Source: a virus
IMG/VR virus record: IMGVR_UViG_3300034069_000822
Strand: one strand, 5' to 3'
Length of the DNA: 64,000 bases
Shown: positions 63,767-64,000 of the stretch, one piece after another
Layout of the letters: every line of letters starts with the position of its first letter
Position numbering within the stretch: the stretch's first letter is position 1
Translations under genes and position numbers: made by a program
The notes under the pieces: generated by a model
The model's database searches: none
Told to the model about the DNA's origin: nothing
Seen by the model: only the letters and a program-made list of their open reading frames with translations

Positions 63767-64000
63767 CCATCCACCCTAGGTCAGTGGAAATCGGGGAGAA
63801 CGTCTCGCACGAAGCGCCTATACGTCTGGACGTAGCGGCGAAGATCGCATTCCCTGATGGGACTATGGGTGCGGCCGGTCTGCGCAAGGAGCGCGATAAG
63901 GGCAACCTGATCACCGAGATGATCGCCGGCAAGGAGTATGTCACCCTTGCCGAGATCGAACGCATGAGGGAACGATGCCGCGTCCAGCGAAAGGCGCCCG
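63763..64000 (+). CDS. Excisionase-like protein, truncated by the window end
   Basis: PIRL..AA..AFPDG.M...GLR.E...G.L....IAGK.Y.TL..I..MR..C; open to the last base. Confidence 0.7.
   Translation, partial: MTIHPRSVEIGENVSHEAPIRLDVAAKIAFPDGTMGAAGLRKERDKGNLITEMIAGKEYVTLAEIERMRERCRVQRKAP

Larger units (their letters stand above)
1..64000. mobile_element. Near-complete temperate myovirus prophage (DUF1073 portal / DUF2213 / DUF3383 sheath, Bcep781- or PB1-like morphogenesis module)
   Basis: Packaging, head, contractile tail, lysis, replication, cI/cro switch, recombination and excisionase-like genes occur in lambdoid order; ends not visible. Confidence 0.92.

Noticed and set aside
63763-64000. 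Integrase and att sites
   Set aside because: The window ends inside the excisionase-like ORF; no integrase or terminal direct repeat is visible

Overview
The window is almost entirely one temperate myovirus prophage. The host is inferred to be a Rhizobiaceae/Phyllobacteriaceae-type alphaproteobacterium, from high GC, an alphaproteobacterial LexA box and typical rhizobial phage proteins. Left to right: SRAP and small accessory genes (1-2.1 kb); a minus-strand late operon read right to left as terminase, DUF1073 portal, F-like minor head protein, DUF2213 protease/scaffold, capsid, neck, DUF3383 sheath, tube, chaperones, tape measure, baseplate, fibres, holin/SAR endolysin/spanins and a post-lysis accessory block ending at a terminator near 2.1 kb; plus-strand morons; a tRNA-Arg inside a structured non-coding stretch; a late regulator, DnaB, RuvC-like resolvase and three DNA methyltransferases; the cro/cI switch with ATGCAT-N3-ATGCAT operators; and a plus-strand early operon (RecE-like nuclease, HNH, many small ORFs) ending in an excisionase-like ORF cut by the window edge. 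No integrase or att site is visible. The strongest leads are: (1) a miniature MotA/ExbB plus MotB/ExbD-like ion-motor cassette co-transcribed with the lysis genes and followed by three nucleotide-processing enzymes; (2) an Acb1-like 2H phosphodiesterase domain fused into the prohead protease/scaffold; (3) two multibranch structured-RNA candidates; (4) a fully dual-coded C5 methyltransferase locus; (5) a LexA-box-controlled candidate antirepressor next to a non-cleavable repressor. All family calls come from motif recognition by eye; no database searches or folding computations were run.
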